Positions 1 through 8,844 are shown, counted from the stretch's first letter. The stretch is DNA of 64,000 nucleotides from Candidatus Sericytochromatia bacterium (GCA_036676985.1 JAKFBU010000043.1:38668-102667), one strand, 5' to 3'. The notes: generated from the sequence alone by a model not told the origin. Numbers and translations: made by a program.

Positions 1-1405
1 ACGTCACGGCCGTGCGCACCACGGCACGCAGGGACTCGAAGTCGAAGCGCCCGTCCGCGTCGACCAAGGCCGGGAGGTTGATCGAACCCAGGTTGCAGAC
101 GGCCGTCTCGCTGGAGCTCGTGACTTCCAGGATTTCGGTGCAGAGGTTGCTGGAGTGGATGACATTGCGGGGCAGCCGGGTCTGGGCGGATCGCCTGTTG
201 GCCGTGTCCTTGAAGCACATCCAGCCGTTGCCAGTCTCGGCGAGGGCCTGGATCATCCGAGCGTAAAGCGCCCGGGCGCTCACCTGCCGGCGGGCCAGTC
301 CCCGTTCCTCCAAGTTCGTGTAGGCCGCATCGAACGCGTCGCCCCACAGGTCGACCAGTTCGGGCGTCTCGGAGGGGCAGAACAGGCTCCAAGCCTCGTC
401 CGCCTCCACCCGTTTCATGAACAGGTCGGGGATCCACAGGGCCAAGTTCAGGTGGTGGGTTCTACGCTCCTCGGCGCCAGTGTTGTTGCGCAATTCGAGG
501 AAGGCCTCGATGTCGACGTGCCAAGGCTGCACGTAGATGGCAGCGGCTCCCTTCCGCTTGCCGCCCTGGTTCACGGCATGGACCGAGGAGTCGAGCACCT
601 TGAGGAAGGGGACGAGCCCGCTGCTGATCCCGTTGTTCCCGTTGATGAGCGAGCCAGAGCCGCGAACCTGCGTCCAGTCGATGCCGATGCCCCCGGACCA
701 CTTGGAGAGGCGGGCGCAGTCCGCGTAGGCCTTGTAGATCGCCTCCAGGCTGTCCTCGCCCACCGTGAGCAGGTAGCACGAGGACATCTGAGGATGCCGC
801 GTGCCCGAATTGAAGAGGGTGGGCGAGGCCGTCATGTACCGGAAGGTGCTCAGCGTCTCATACAGTTCGATCGCTTCAGAGACGCTCTCGGCGAGGCCGA
901 GGGCCACGCGCATGAACATCCACTGGGGACGCTCGATGACCTGCCGCCCTCGCGGATGTCGCAGCAGGTATCGATCGTAAACCGTCTTGAGCCCGAAGTA
1001 TTCGAACAGGCGATCACGCGAATGATCGATGGCCGCGACGAGCCTGGGCAGGTCGGTCTCGGCTCGGATCCGGACCTCGGGATCGAGCAGCTTGAGCGCG
1101 ATGCCGTCCGCCAGGTACTGGTCAAAGGAGCGGTCCTGGCCGACCTCCTCGGCGATGTACTCGGCCAGGAGGCGCGCGCCGACCAGGGAATAGTTCGGCT
1201 CCTCGGCGACCAACATGACGGCGGTTGCAATCGAGCGCTCATCAAGCTCGCGCGTGGTGCTGCCCTCGTGCAGCCCGCTGATGGTCTGCTTGGCCACTTC
1301 GACGGCGTCGACCCCTTCTAGACCCTCGCAGGCGTGGCTGACGGCCCGCAGAATCTTCTCGAACTTGACGTCTTCCTTGGAACCATTGCGTTTAATGACT
1401 TGCAT
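1..1405 (-). CDS. nrdA: Ribonucleoside-diphosphate reductase class Ia alpha subunit (3' part beyond window)
   Basis: Translated by hand, absent from the ORF track. N-terminal ATP cone MQVIKRNG; motifs SPTLFNSG, QMSSCYL, NQGGKRKGA and HSSNLCTEI with the catalytic N-x-C-x-E. Confidence 0.95.
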   Translation of the reverse strand, partial: MQVIKRNGSKEDVKFEKILRAVSHACEGLEGVDAVEVAKQTISGLHEGSTTRELDERSIATAVMLVAEEPNYSLVGARLLAEYIAEEVGQDRSFDQYLADGIALKLLDPEVRIRAETDLPRLVAAIDHSRDRLFEYFGLKTVYDRYLLRHPRGRQVIERPQWMFMRVALGLAESVSEAIELYETLSTFRYMTASPTLFNSGTRHPQMSSCYLLTVGEDSLEAIYKAYADCARLSKWSGGIGIDWTQVRGSGSLINGNNGISSGLVPFLKVLDSSVHAVNQGGKRKGAAAIYVQPWHVDIEAFLELRNNTGAEERRTHHLNLALWIPDLFMKRVEADEAWSLFCPSETPELVDLWGDAFDAAYTNLEERGLARRQVSARALYARMIQALAETGNGWMCFKDTANRRSAQTRLPRNVIHSSNLCTEILEVTSSSETAVCNLGSINLPALVDADGRFDFESLRAVVRTAVT

Positions 1406-1433
1406 AGCGGCTCATCTCTTTCGGTGAGGGGGG

Positions 1434-2468
1434 TCATGCGCGGCTCGACGCGATCGCGTCGAGCCGCGCGCGAAGGGATGAATGGTGGCGGATCAGCTGC
1501 AAGGCACGCTCGGGCGCCTCGGGCAGGAGGCCGAACCCGATCAGCATTCGAACGTCACGCCCGACCACTTCGGCCCCAAGCGCCGCCGCCTGGAAGGAGG
1601 TGGCCATGTTGAAGAAGTAGACCTCGCCGTTGTCGCGGCAGCAGGCGACGGCAGCGGTCTCCGTGCCAGGCCTGTTCGCACAATCGACGACGACGTCCGC
1701 AAGCGCTTCGCCCGTGATGGCTAGGAAGCGCTCTAGCACGCTGGGCGGTCGGGTCGCATCCGCCACCAGCGGGGTCACCCAGGGAGGCAGCCCCTCGAGG
1801 CATGCGACTTGCTCGGAGAGGGGAACCAGCGCGATCACCTGGCCGGTGGGGCCAACCTGGTCGGCAGCGGCATAGGTGGCGAGTAGCCCGGCCTTGCCGG
1901 CGGCGCCGATGACGAGGATGCGAGCACCCGGCTGTGCCAGGCGCTGGGTCTGGGGAACGACCCCACACACATCGAAGAGGCTCAGGGCCAGCGAGAAGGG
2001 CAGGTCCTCGGGGATGAGAGCATACTTGGCCGCCGGAGAGAGAACGGCCCTCCCTTCGACCCAGACCTGGTGGTTCTCCGGGGTGAGGTGTCGAACTCGG
2101 CGCAAGGTGAGGGGGACCAAGGTGTTGGAGACGAGGGTCGCCACACTGGATCCAAGGGGCACCTCACCCTGACGACCTCGCCCCAGGGCCACGATGCGCC
2201 CGGCCATGACGCCGCCCGAGCCTGTTCGCGGGTTGTGCAACTTTCCGCGCTCGGCAACGATCGCCAAGATCTCGGAGGTGATCGCCTCGTGATCCCCCCC
2301 ATGCTGGCGCATGAGGTCTTGAAAGCTCGTGGCATCGAGGTTGAGGACCGTCACGTCCATGGCAAGCTCATCGGGCTCGAGATCGGGGGCCGGGTCGAGA
2401 CGCCAGGCATGGTAGGGAGTGGCTCCCACCGGGGAGACAATCCGGTTGAGCCCTGCGAAGCTACTCAT
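1434..2468 (-). CDS. kdd: L-erythro-3,5-diaminohexanoate dehydrogenase-like protein (Kdd family)
   Basis: Kdd-type motifs AWRLD, LNLDATSF, RGKLHNPRTGSGG, ATLVS..L.PL, FFNMATSFQAAALGAE; Rossmann GAAGKAG. Confidence 0.8.
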   Translation of the reverse strand: MSSFAGLNRIVSPVGATPYHAWRLDPAPDLEPDELAMDVTVLNLDATSFQDLMRQHGGDHEAITSEILAIVAERGKLHNPRTGSGGVMAGRIVALGRGRQGEVPLGSSVATLVSNTLVPLTLRRVRHLTPENHQVWVEGRAVLSPAAKYALIPEDLPFSLALSLFDVCGVVPQTQRLAQPGARILVIGAAGKAGLLATYAAADQVGPTGQVIALVPLSEQVACLEGLPPWVTPLVADATRPPSVLERFLAITGEALADVVVDCANRPGTETAAVACCRDNGEVYFFNMATSFQAAALGAEVVGRDVRMLIGFGLLPEAPERALQLIRHHSSLRARLDAIASSRA

Positions 2469-2943
2469 GGCGCCTCCCTTGCGGACAGTTGTTGCGCAGG
2501 CGCTCGGCGATCACCCATTCCTCCCTTGCCTCTGGACTGTTTAGCAAGAGGGCAGGGACCTCGCTGGGATGACCGTCGTCCGAGAGGGCGACCATGTGAA
2601 AGTAGCCGCTCGTCGCATGCTCACGGCTGCCGCCGATGGGGTCCTCGGCGAAGAGCTCGACCTTAACAGTCAAGGACGTTCGCCCCGCATAGACGACCTG
2701 GGCGACGAGTTCGACCAGGTGCCCGTGTTTGATGGGCAGGTGAAAGTCAATGCGTTCCGTGGAGGCCGTCACGATGGCCTTTTGGGCATACCGGGAGGCG
2801 GCCAGGAAGGCCGCTCGGTCCATGAGATCCAGGACCTTGCCCCCGAACATGGTGCCGTAGTGGTTGGTGGCGTTGGGGAAGACCATTTCGGCCAGCCGAA
2901 CGGGTTCGGCCTGGCGTGCCGCGAGGGCAGTAGGCGAAGACAT
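2461..2943 (-). CDS. Acyl-CoA thioesterase, hotdog fold (YciA/TE6 family)
   Basis: VFPNATNHYGTMFGGKVLDLMD; GRTSLTV; GAGGAG RBS before the ATG at 2943. Confidence 0.9.
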   Translation of the reverse strand: MSSPTALAARQAEPVRLAEMVFPNATNHYGTMFGGKVLDLMDRAAFLAASRYAQKAIVTASTERIDFHLPIKHGHLVELVAQVVYAGRTSLTVKVELFAEDPIGGSREHATSGYFHMVALSDDGHPSEVPALLLNSPEAREEWVIAERLRNNCPQGRRHE

Positions 2944-3077
2944 GCAGAGCTCCTCACTCGTGAGCCGCGGCCACAAGCCGGCAACAACGAGTCTGGGAGC
3001 CCTAAATGACGGCGTGAAGGGACATGGACCTTCAAGCGTGCGGCTCTCTGAACCTCGAAGAGCGGGTGGCACGCGTC

Positions 3078-3180
3078 ATACCTGGTAGGCGATCGGGCTC
3101 ACGAGCGAAGGCTCGCATACCGTTGCGGGACAGCACCGGATTCTCACCGGATTTCCCCTGGGCCAGGCGACAATACGTAG
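3078..3180 (-). promoter_or_regulatory. Cobalamin (B12) riboswitch
   Basis: Minus strand reads GGGAAATCCGGTGAGAATCCGGTGCTGTCCCGCAACGGT...GAGCCCGATCGCCTACC, matching the aptamer core and B12 box; lies upstream of a class Ia nrdA operon. Confidence 0.88.
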
Positions 3181-3184
3181 CACT

Positions 3185-3213
3185 ACGGTATTTAAGCTTG
3201 CTGGCTTTGTCAA
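3185..3213 (-). promoter_or_regulatory. sigma70-type promoter of the riboswitch operon
   Basis: TTGACA-17 nt-TACCGT immediately 5' of the riboswitch. Confidence 0.6.
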
Positions 3214-3628
3214 TCACCAAGCGACGGCGAGCCCGGGCCCATGTGAGGCAGAAGCAGGGCGTTGAACAACGATCACCGGCAGTTTTGGCGTCTCGACGGC
3301 AGGTGGTAGGTACCGGGGTTGCATTCCCGCCGCTCCGACCGCCCCCCTGCTCTGTGAGGACGAGCGAGAGTCATGGCACGATTTGGTCGTAGCGTCAGTT
3401 TGAGGCTGTAAGAGTAGCCCTGCCAGCAGGGCCCGTCGTTGTCCGTGGCGAGGCGGCGATGGGGAGAAAGTTCAGAACCAATCAGTCCGCTGTCTTGCCT
3501 CGGGTGGTTATTATTCTGGTCAAGGTCATAACCGGATTCGAACTAAGGAAATTCCCAAGAAACCCGATCTATCCTGGATCGAAAGGAGACCAAAGACGCG
3601 CAGCCAGCACCACGCTCTTAAACAATGA

Positions 3629-3666
3629 ACCCCCGAAACGCGATCTTCCTCGCGTTTCGGGGGGAC
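3629..3666 (-). terminator. Hairpin downstream of the tRNA operon
   Basis: CCCCCGAAACGCGA...TCGCGTTTCGGGGG inverted repeat. Confidence 0.6.
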
Positions 3667-3669
3667 TAG

Positions 3670-3743
3670 TGGGCACAACTGGATTCGAACCAGTGACCTC
3701 ATCGATGTCAACGATGCGCTCTAACCAACTGAGCTATGCGCCC
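3670..3743 (-). tRNA. tRNA-Val(GAC)
   Basis: GGGCGCATAGCTCAGTTGGTTAGAGCG-CATCG TT GAC AT CGATG-...GGTTCGAATCC...GTGCCCA; CCA not encoded. Confidence 0.96.
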
Positions 3744-3766
3744 TGAATTCCTTGGAATTCAAGGAG

Positions 3767-3837
3767 AGGCGGCACCCAGATTCGAACTGGGGGTGGAGCT
3801 TTTGCAGAGCTCTGCCTTACCACTTGGCTATGCCGCC
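3767..3837 (-). tRNA. tRNA-Cys(GCA)
   Basis: GGCGGCATAGCCAAGTGGTAAGGCA...CTGCAAA...GTTCGAAT...GTGCCGCCT. Confidence 0.96.
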
Positions 3838-3888
3838 GAAATGCTTCGGCCCGCGATTCCCCCAAAGGAACCTTCGGGCCGACGCGAG

Positions 3889-3961
3889 AGCGGGTGACGC
3901 GATTCGAACGCGCGACAGCCTGCTTGGGAAGCAGGTACTCTACCAGCTGAGTTACACCCGC
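3889..3961 (-). tRNA. tRNA-Gly(CCC)
   Basis: GCGGGTGTAACTCAGCTGGTAGAGT-CCTGC TT CCC AA GCAGG-...GTTCGAAT...CACCCGCT. Confidence 0.96.
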
Positions 3962-3973
3962 GAAGCGAATTCC

Positions 3974-4002
3974 AAGATACCGAAGGTCCCGGCGATTGTC
4001 AA
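3974..4002 (-). promoter_or_regulatory. sigma70 promoter of the tRNA operon
   Basis: TTGACA-17 nt-TATCTT just upstream of tRNA-Gly. Confidence 0.7.
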
Positions 4003-4200
4003 CCGAGCGCTGCTGTCGCCCGAGGAGGATTAACTTAATATTTCTTGACACTCCCGCTCTGCGGCCCTTAGGATCGTCCCGTAATGTTACCTGGGTGCCG
4101 CATGGTTGCTTGCTCGGGGCCCAATCGCACGGGTCGGGGGTACGGTCCAGCGCCGTCCCCTCCGTTCAGCGACCGCAGCCGATTGAGAGGAGGGTCTTTC

Positions 4201-4971
4201 ATGGCGATCGAACTGAAGCCTCAGGTCGTCGCACATGTCGCAGAGCCCATCGCCAAGGTCGAAGCCACGCCTCGCATCACCGACCGCGTCGCGATCCGTG
4301 TCCTCAACACCCCCAACTTCCAGGAAGCCACGCTCCGCAAGCTCATCACCCCCAAGATCGAGGTCGACCAGGCCGAGGGCCTGGTCTCGATCGTCAGCCA
4401 GGGGTTGAGCCTCACCGAGGAGAAGCGCACGGAGGGCGACGAGGCGATCCTGATCGAGGTCGCCGCCCGCTACCGCCGCGGCGAGGGCGCCATCAAGCAG
4501 CTCTACCGCTTCCTGGTCTTCCAGGAGAACGGCACCACCTACTGCCAGCGCCTGCCCATGGGCTCTTGGGCCCCCACCGACCCCGATACCTGCTTCGAGT
4601 GGCTCGGCCGGGGCGGTCACCAGCAGGGCGACTTCGTCCTCTTGCCCCGCAAACGTCTGCCCTCGGGCGTCATCGAGATCGAGCGCCCCAAGGCCCTCAG
4701 CGCCTGGAAGCGCGCCGTCGAGAACCTCAAGAACCTCTTCAGCGACTCGCTGTTCAACGACGAGGTGATGAGCACCGAGTGGGGTCGCCTCATCGGCCGG
4801 CACAACCCGGTGGACTGCACGGTCTACCGCAAGGACAACCGCCTCTACCTGGTGGCTCCGCACGACACCGAGGTGCAGCACCCCGAGCACGCGACCCTCT
4901 CGATCCCCAAGGGCACCTACGAGATCGTCGAGGACCGCGCGAGTAGCTACTGGCGCAAGGCGATCGACTAG
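4201..4971 (+). CDS. Hypothetical protein with C-terminal QGD...H...HPEH motif
   Basis: GAGGAGG RBS, strong coding codon bias; QQGDFVL...RHNP...HPEHATLSIPKGTY. Confidence 0.8.
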   Translation: MAIELKPQVVAHVAEPIAKVEATPRITDRVAIRVLNTPNFQEATLRKLITPKIEVDQAEGLVSIVSQGLSLTEEKRTEGDEAILIEVAARYRRGEGAIKQLYRFLVFQENGTTYCQRLPMGSWAPTDPDTCFEWLGRGGHQQGDFVLLPRKRLPSGVIEIERPKALSAWKRAVENLKNLFSDSLFNDEVMSTEWGRLIGRHNPVDCTVYRKDNRLYLVAPHDTEVQHPEHATLSIPKGTYEIVEDRASSYWRKAID

Positions 4972-4985
4972 GTACGCCCATCGCC

Positions 4986-5510
4986 ATGCGGCACCGGTTT
5001 GGAGCGATCGCCCTGGCGGCGATCGCTCTCTCCCTTTCGCTACCGGCCGAGGCCGAGGTCTATCGCATCCAGGCCAGGCCCCTGTCCCCCTTCAAGTCCC
5101 GCGCCGTCCAGCCGGACCTGAGCCCCGATGCGCCAGCGGCGATCGAGGTGCCGGACTGGCTCGACTGGGCGCTGCGCCTCATGGACGGCCGGGCCTTCAC
5201 CTTCGCCCAGCCGTCCTGGGACGGGACGCTCGTGCCCGGCCTGAACTGGCGAATGGGGCTCGAGGCCGGGCTCAAGGGGCGCATGGACCTCGGCTATGGG
5301 CCGGCGCTGGTCGTCAGCGGCCGGCTGAGCGGGCCATGGGGAGCCGTCGACAACGCCAGCACGGTGCTGGCGAGCGCCGGGGGCATGGCGTGGCTGTCGG
5401 AGGTGACGCTCGGACGCGGGCCCTGGGCCCTCAATATGCGGGCCTGGGACAGCCCGGGGGTCAGCTCGGTTGGTCGGTCGGCGACTCTGACGCTGCGGCA
5501 AGGCTTCTAG
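4986..5510 (+). CDS. Hypothetical exported protein, possibly beta-rich outer-membrane
   Basis: Signal peptide ending AEA; C-terminal alternating strand ending in Phe (TLTLRQGF). Confidence 0.6.
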   Translation: MRHRFGAIALAAIALSLSLPAEAEVYRIQARPLSPFKSRAVQPDLSPDAPAAIEVPDWLDWALRLMDGRAFTFAQPSWDGTLVPGLNWRMGLEAGLKGRMDLGYGPALVVSGRLSGPWGAVDNASTVLASAGGMAWLSEVTLGRGPWALNMRAWDSPGVSSVGRSATLTLRQGF

Positions 5511-6282
5511 CCTCGGGCCGCGCGTGCATGTACAGCACCGTCAGGGCGATGGTGCTCCAGACGTGGATCCAGATCATCGCCATCCAGCCGAAGACGCCGA
5601 TGGGGAAGGGCAGGATCCCGAGAATGGCCGCCAAGAGGTAGCCCACGGCCTGCAGCGACAGCAAGCCGATGATCAGGCCGAAGTGCGCCTTGACCACCGC
5701 CAGGCTGTCCTTGAAGGCCTGCGTCCAGGGCTTGTTCGCGAGCACCACGGCCTGCTTCCAGAAGAGCAGCCCGAGCGTGACGAGCCCGTACCAGAGCACC
5801 GCCAACAGGGCCATCATGAGCAGGCGATCGACGGCGAGGATGAGGGCCGGATCCGCGTTGAGCAAGACGTCCGGCTGGGTCTGGGCCTTCTCGAGGAGCT
5901 GGGGCAGCTCCTTCTGGAGCCGCAGGAGCATGGGCTCGCCCACCCACGTGGCGCCGGCGTAGATGAGGGGCAGGGCCACCAGGCCCACCAGCGCCAGGAA
6001 GGCGACGGTGCCCATGAGGAGCCCGCTGAAGTGCCGCCCGATGGCCACGAAGAAGTCGTCCCACTGGGGCTTCTGGTCCGCCTCGGCGCGCGCGATGAGC
6101 GCGTACCAGCCCGCCGTGACCGCCAGGTTGACGAGCCCCGTGATGAGGAGGCCGAAGCCGGGGGCGCCCGTGGGGATCATGAGGCTCGTGAAGAGGGCGA
6201 CGCCGAGCGGCGGGGTCCAGAGGATCGGTTGGGTCCGAAGCAGGGTGGCTGCGCGACCGACAAGTTGCTTGAGGGAGAGCAT
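5461..6282 (-). CDS. Hypothetical multi-pass membrane protein
   Basis: About 6 hydrophobic segments; overlaps the convergent upstream ORF by about 50 nt. Confidence 0.75.
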   Translation of the reverse strand: MLSLKQLVGRAATLLRTQPILWTPPLGVALFTSLMIPTGAPGFGLLITGLVNLAVTAGWYALIARAEADQKPQWDDFFVAIGRHFSGLLMGTVAFLALVGLVALPLIYAGATWVGEPMLLRLQKELPQLLEKAQTQPDVLLNADPALILAVDRLLMMALLAVLWYGLVTLGLLFWKQAVVLANKPWTQAFKDSLAVVKAHFGLIIGLLSLQAVGYLLAAILGILPFPIGVFGWMAMIWIHVWSTIALTVLYMHARPEARSLAAASESPTDQPS

Positions 6283-6397
6283 CAGGGTATCCTTGAGGGT
6301 AGATGGCGGCGCCGGCGCGCCCGGGCGGGGTTTTACGACCCATCGTACCGAGCGGACGGCGGGCTGTCCACACGAGCGACCCCTTTTGGAGGCGACC

Positions 6398-6907
6398 TTG
6401 ACCGCGACGCTGCTGGACCTGTTCGGCGTGCTGATCCTCGCCTATAACGTCCTGAGAGGCCTGACCACGGGCCTCATCCGCACGTCGGTGGGGGCCATCG
6501 CCGTGGTGCTCGCGACCTTTGCCGCCTTCCAGTACCAGGAGGTCGCGGCTCCGCTCGTGGATCCCTGGGTCCCACCGAGCTTCCCCATGGCGTTCCTCTT
6601 GCGCCCTCTCATCATCTGGCTTATGGCCTACGTGGGCATCAACCTCGTGGGCTGGGCTCTGCGCTGGGCAGTGCGCGTGACCCCCCTGGTGCTCGCGGAC
6701 CGCATCGGCGGGGCCGTGTTCGGCTTCTTCACCGGGGTGGTGGTGCTCGCGATCCCGATGATCCTGATCGCGAACTTCCCGCTGCTGCAGCAGATCCCCT
6801 TCATCCAGGACGCGCTCGCGCACTCGGCGATCGCGGGCATGCTGACGCCCGTGGTCCACCTGGTGCTGGGGCTGGTGCCGGTGTTGCCGCCGGTGGAGAT
6901 GATCTAG
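6398..6907 (+). CDS. cvpA: CvpA (colicin V production) family membrane protein
   Basis: LD..G...GL..GLI and ADRIGGAVFG motifs; GGAGG plus TTG start. Confidence 0.8.
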   Translation: MTATLLDLFGVLILAYNVLRGLTTGLIRTSVGAIAVVLATFAAFQYQEVAAPLVDPWVPPSFPMAFLLRPLIIWLMAYVGINLVGWALRWAVRVTPLVLADRIGGAVFGFFTGVVVLAIPMILIANFPLLQQIPFIQDALAHSAIAGMLTPVVHLVLGLVPVLPPVEMI

Positions 6908-6944
6908 GGGGCCGTCCGAGCTTGCGGGACCGGTCATGCACGGG

Positions 6945-7110
6945 AGGAACCGTTTGCCTTTCGACCAGGCTCAAGACAAACGGTTTTATTGTGGGGGAAC
7001 GGGGTTGTTGAGGATGTCCTGAGTGGCATGTCCTAGGCTTGAATAGCCACCCATTGAGACCCACAACACAACCGTTCACCTTGAGCCTGGTCGAAAGGCG
7101 AACGGTTCCT
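6945..7110. repeat. Inverted pair of REP-like palindromes flanking a core of about 85 bp
   Basis: AGGAACCGTTTGCCTTTCGACCAGGCTCAAGACAAACGGTT matches the reverse complement of 7070-7110 at 37/41; each arm is self-palindromic; lies between convergent genes. Confidence 0.75.
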
Positions 7111-7126
7111 TTTAGAAAAGCGCCGT

Positions 7127-8170
7127 TCAGGCGATCGGCTCGTAGAACGCCGGTTTGAGGTTGGGCTCTTCCTTCTGGAGCGCCGCTCCGAAGGGCATGC
7201 GGATGGTCAGGAGCGTGTCCCGCACCAAGAGGTGATCCGCCGTGAGCAGGGTGAAGCCCGCGGCCTCCAGCGTCTCGGTCTTGGCCGGCTGGTAGTCCGG
7301 GCTCCAGGCGAGCACGATGTTCTCCGGGAAGCCCCGGAGCTTGCCCAGCCCGAACCGCAAGAGCGTCTCGTACAGGTGCTCGTAGCCGGGGTGGACCATG
7401 AGCCGCAGGCTCTGCGGCAGGGGCTTGAAGTGGCCCTGGATGCGCAGGTAGCCCACGATCTGGCGATCGGGCGTCTCGAGCACGTAGCGCAGATCCTCGA
7501 ACAGGCCCAGCTTGCGCCGCCACCGGGACAGCGTGTGCTCGATGAAGCCCTGCTCGAAGTCCCCCACCGAGCGCGAGTCGACGAGCCGCACGCTCGCGGG
7601 CGTGCAGGCGCTGTAGAGGTCCAAGAGGGCCGCCGCGTCCTTGGGACGGTAGGGCCTGAGGCCCTCGGGCGGCTCGACGGGCTCGAACTCGCGCAGGTTG
7701 TCCGGGGCGAGCTCGTAGTAGGAGAGCGTCGCGTACTTGCGGAAGCCCTTCTTGGCGTAGAGGCCCATGGCCGCCAGGTTGCGGGTGTCCACCTCGAGCG
7801 TGAAGCAGCGCGCCCCCATGGTGCCGTAGCGCTCGAACACGTAGTCGAGCATCTCGCCCGCGACGCCCCGGTGCCGGTAGTCGGGGGCGACCGCCACGTA
7901 GTCGATGTGCCAGCGGGTCTGCTGATGGTTGCCCGGACTCGCCTGGATGAAGCCCACGATCCCCGTCTCCGCCTCGGAGACGTGCAGGTTCATGGTGTAC
8001 TGGTAAGGGTTGGGGAAGAGGGAGAGGGCGCGGACCAGGGGGTACATCTTCTGCCAGCGCGCGAACTGGCCTGTCAGGTCGACGCCGCGGCGCTCGAACT
8101 CCTCGGTGAACGACCGGTCGAAGATCGTCTTCAGCGCAGGCAGGTCCATGAAGCGGACCGGACGGATCAT
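7127..8170 (-). CDS. Tandem GNAT family N-acetyltransferase
   Basis: VAVAPDYRHRGVA and N..A.GLYAKKGF motifs; second degenerate GNAT domain. Confidence 0.85.
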   Translation of the reverse strand: MIRPVRFMDLPALKTIFDRSFTEEFERRGVDLTGQFARWQKMYPLVRALSLFPNPYQYTMNLHVSEAETGIVGFIQASPGNHQQTRWHIDYVAVAPDYRHRGVAGEMLDYVFERYGTMGARCFTLEVDTRNLAAMGLYAKKGFRKYATLSYYELAPDNLREFEPVEPPEGLRPYRPKDAAALLDLYSACTPASVRLVDSRSVGDFEQGFIEHTLSRWRRKLGLFEDLRYVLETPDRQIVGYLRIQGHFKPLPQSLRLMVHPGYEHLYETLLRFGLGKLRGFPENIVLAWSPDYQPAKTETLEAAGFTLLTADHLLVRDTLLTIRMPFGAALQKEEPNLKPAFYEPIA

Positions 8171-8367
8171 CGCTAGGCTCCCTGGCACAAATGCGCCCGC
8201 TACAGGGCTTGGCGCTATCGGGCCCCTTGCGCCAAGCGGTCGAAGACTCGATAATGATGGCGTTATTTTACCAAGGTTGGAACTGAGAATCAACAGGCCT
8301 CGAACCCGCACGCCAAGCGATTCCGAGCCCCCGAATCCCGGTTTCGGTCGATGCTAGCAGGTAACCA

Positions 8368-8844
8368 ATGGCTACGACTACCCGCAAATCAAGCCTGATC
8401 GCCGACAATCGCCGGGCGCACCACGAGTACCACATCCTCGAGACCTTCGAGACGGGCATCGCGCTCACGGGTACCGAGGTCAAGAGCCTGCGCATGGGGC
8501 GCGCCAACCTCTCCGACAGCTTCGCCCGCATCGAGCAGGGCGAGGTCTGGCTGCACCACATGCACGTGGCCCCCTACACCCACGGCAACCGCTACAACGT
8601 CGATCCCATGCGGCCCCGCAAGCTCCTGATGCACAAGCGCGAGATCTCGCGCCTCATCGGCAAGACCAAGGAGCAGGGCCTCACGCTCGTGCCCCTCAAG
8701 CTCTACTGGCACGGGGACTGGGCCAAGGTCGAGCTCGGCCTCGCCAAGGGTAAGCAGCTCTTCGACAAGCGCGACGCCATCGCCGCCAAGTCCACCAAGC
8801 GCGACATCGAGCGGGCCCTCAAGGAGCGCTCCAAGGGAGATTAG
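8368..8844 (+). CDS. smpB: SsrA-binding protein SmpB
   Basis: NRRAHHEY, GIALTGTEVKSLR, RKLLMHKREI, GKQLFDKR. Confidence 0.98.
   Translation: MATTTRKSSLIADNRRAHHEYHILETFETGIALTGTEVKSLRMGRANLSDSFARIEQGEVWLHHMHVAPYTHGNRYNVDPMRPRKLLMHKREISRLIGKTKEQGLTLVPLKLYWHGDWAKVELGLAKGKQLFDKRDAIAAKSTKRDIERALKERSKGD

Noticed and set aside
155-1321. 388-aa plus-strand ORF
   Set aside because: Antisense to nrdA, whose motifs are clear on the minus strand
1-1405. Intein or intron in nrdA
   Set aside because: The visible part translates continuously with normal motif spacing
3305-3340. GGGGTTGCATTCCCGCCGCTCCGACC resembling a tRNA/tmRNA 3' arm
   Set aside because: T-loop lacks TTCRA, there is no CCA and no matching 5' half; probably chance
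6986-7070. 6S RNA or SRP RNA in the core of the repeat element
   Set aside because: No SRP GGAA-loop motif; the long stem is explained by REP-like arms that recur at 22.9 kb
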